NCBI GenBank assembly: GCA_951406725.2
Contig: OX597833.1
Location: forward strand, 20,088,001-20,152,000
Direction of reading: 5' to 3'
DNA: 64,000 nt
From: Octopus vulgaris
Lineage: Eukaryota
The notes beneath the pieces were generated by a model that did no database searches, was not told the origin of the DNA, and saw only the letters and a program-made list of their open reading frames with translations. The position numbers and the translations under genes are program-made. Shown piece by piece: positions 63,641-64,000 of the stretch (position 1 is its first letter; every line of letters starts with the position of its first letter).

Positions 63641-64000
63641 TTCAAAACAATGAACTTCTCTATACAGCTGGCTGACTTCTTTTTTTTTTTTTTTTTTTTA
63701 TCTAACAAGATTCAGTTGTATGAACATGATAGGTAGACTGCATCTTAGTATCTTAGTAGCACAATACAATGACTGCACATGGAAGCTTTAGAGTTTTACT
63801 TATCTTTTGTCATCTTTTCATTTCATTATTGAGGAAGATACAAAGAAGATTAAGATATAAGCTAAGGATCAGCATTACATCAGCATAATCGCTCAGCTTT
63901 CGCATCTAAGACTGAAGAAGAAAGTAAAACTGTTTATTGAACAATAGACATTCTGGTAATGATGTCAAAATGAATAAATAATTATAATGCAAGGCCACAT

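Overview
AT-rich animal non-coding DNA (intergenic or a large intron) packed with transposon debris and microsatellites. I found no intact host protein-coding gene, tRNA, rRNA or CRISPR array; almost every ORF in the track is a translation of SINEs or simple repeats. The repeat families resemble those I recall from octopus (coleoid cephalopod) genomes; this is inference, not a database result. Contents: dozens of copies of at least four SINE families; remnants of RTE, R4/Dong-like, Hero-like and Penelope-like retroelements; decayed mariner/maT transposons; pogo/Tc2-, hAT- and piggyBac-type MITEs; and a Helitron cluster at 25.8-30.4 kb. Most notable: (1) a ~2 kb composite Helitron apparently inserted in reverse orientation 7 nt inside the 5' end of a related composite Helitron, giving a ~480 bp palindrome and carrying mariner and piggyBac fragments; (2) an RTE-type LINE 3' end with a twin-priming-like inversion that reassembles into three tandem C2H2 zinc fingers; (3) a hammerhead-ribozyme-like motif with a degenerate antisense partner; (4) recurrent SINE dimers with an identical junction; (5) a ~550 bp element confined to (TAA)n tracts beside a Dong/R4-like fragment; (6) a 52 bp tRNA-Leu-fragment retrocopy. 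Coordinates of degenerate repeats are approximate (about +/-10-20 bp).
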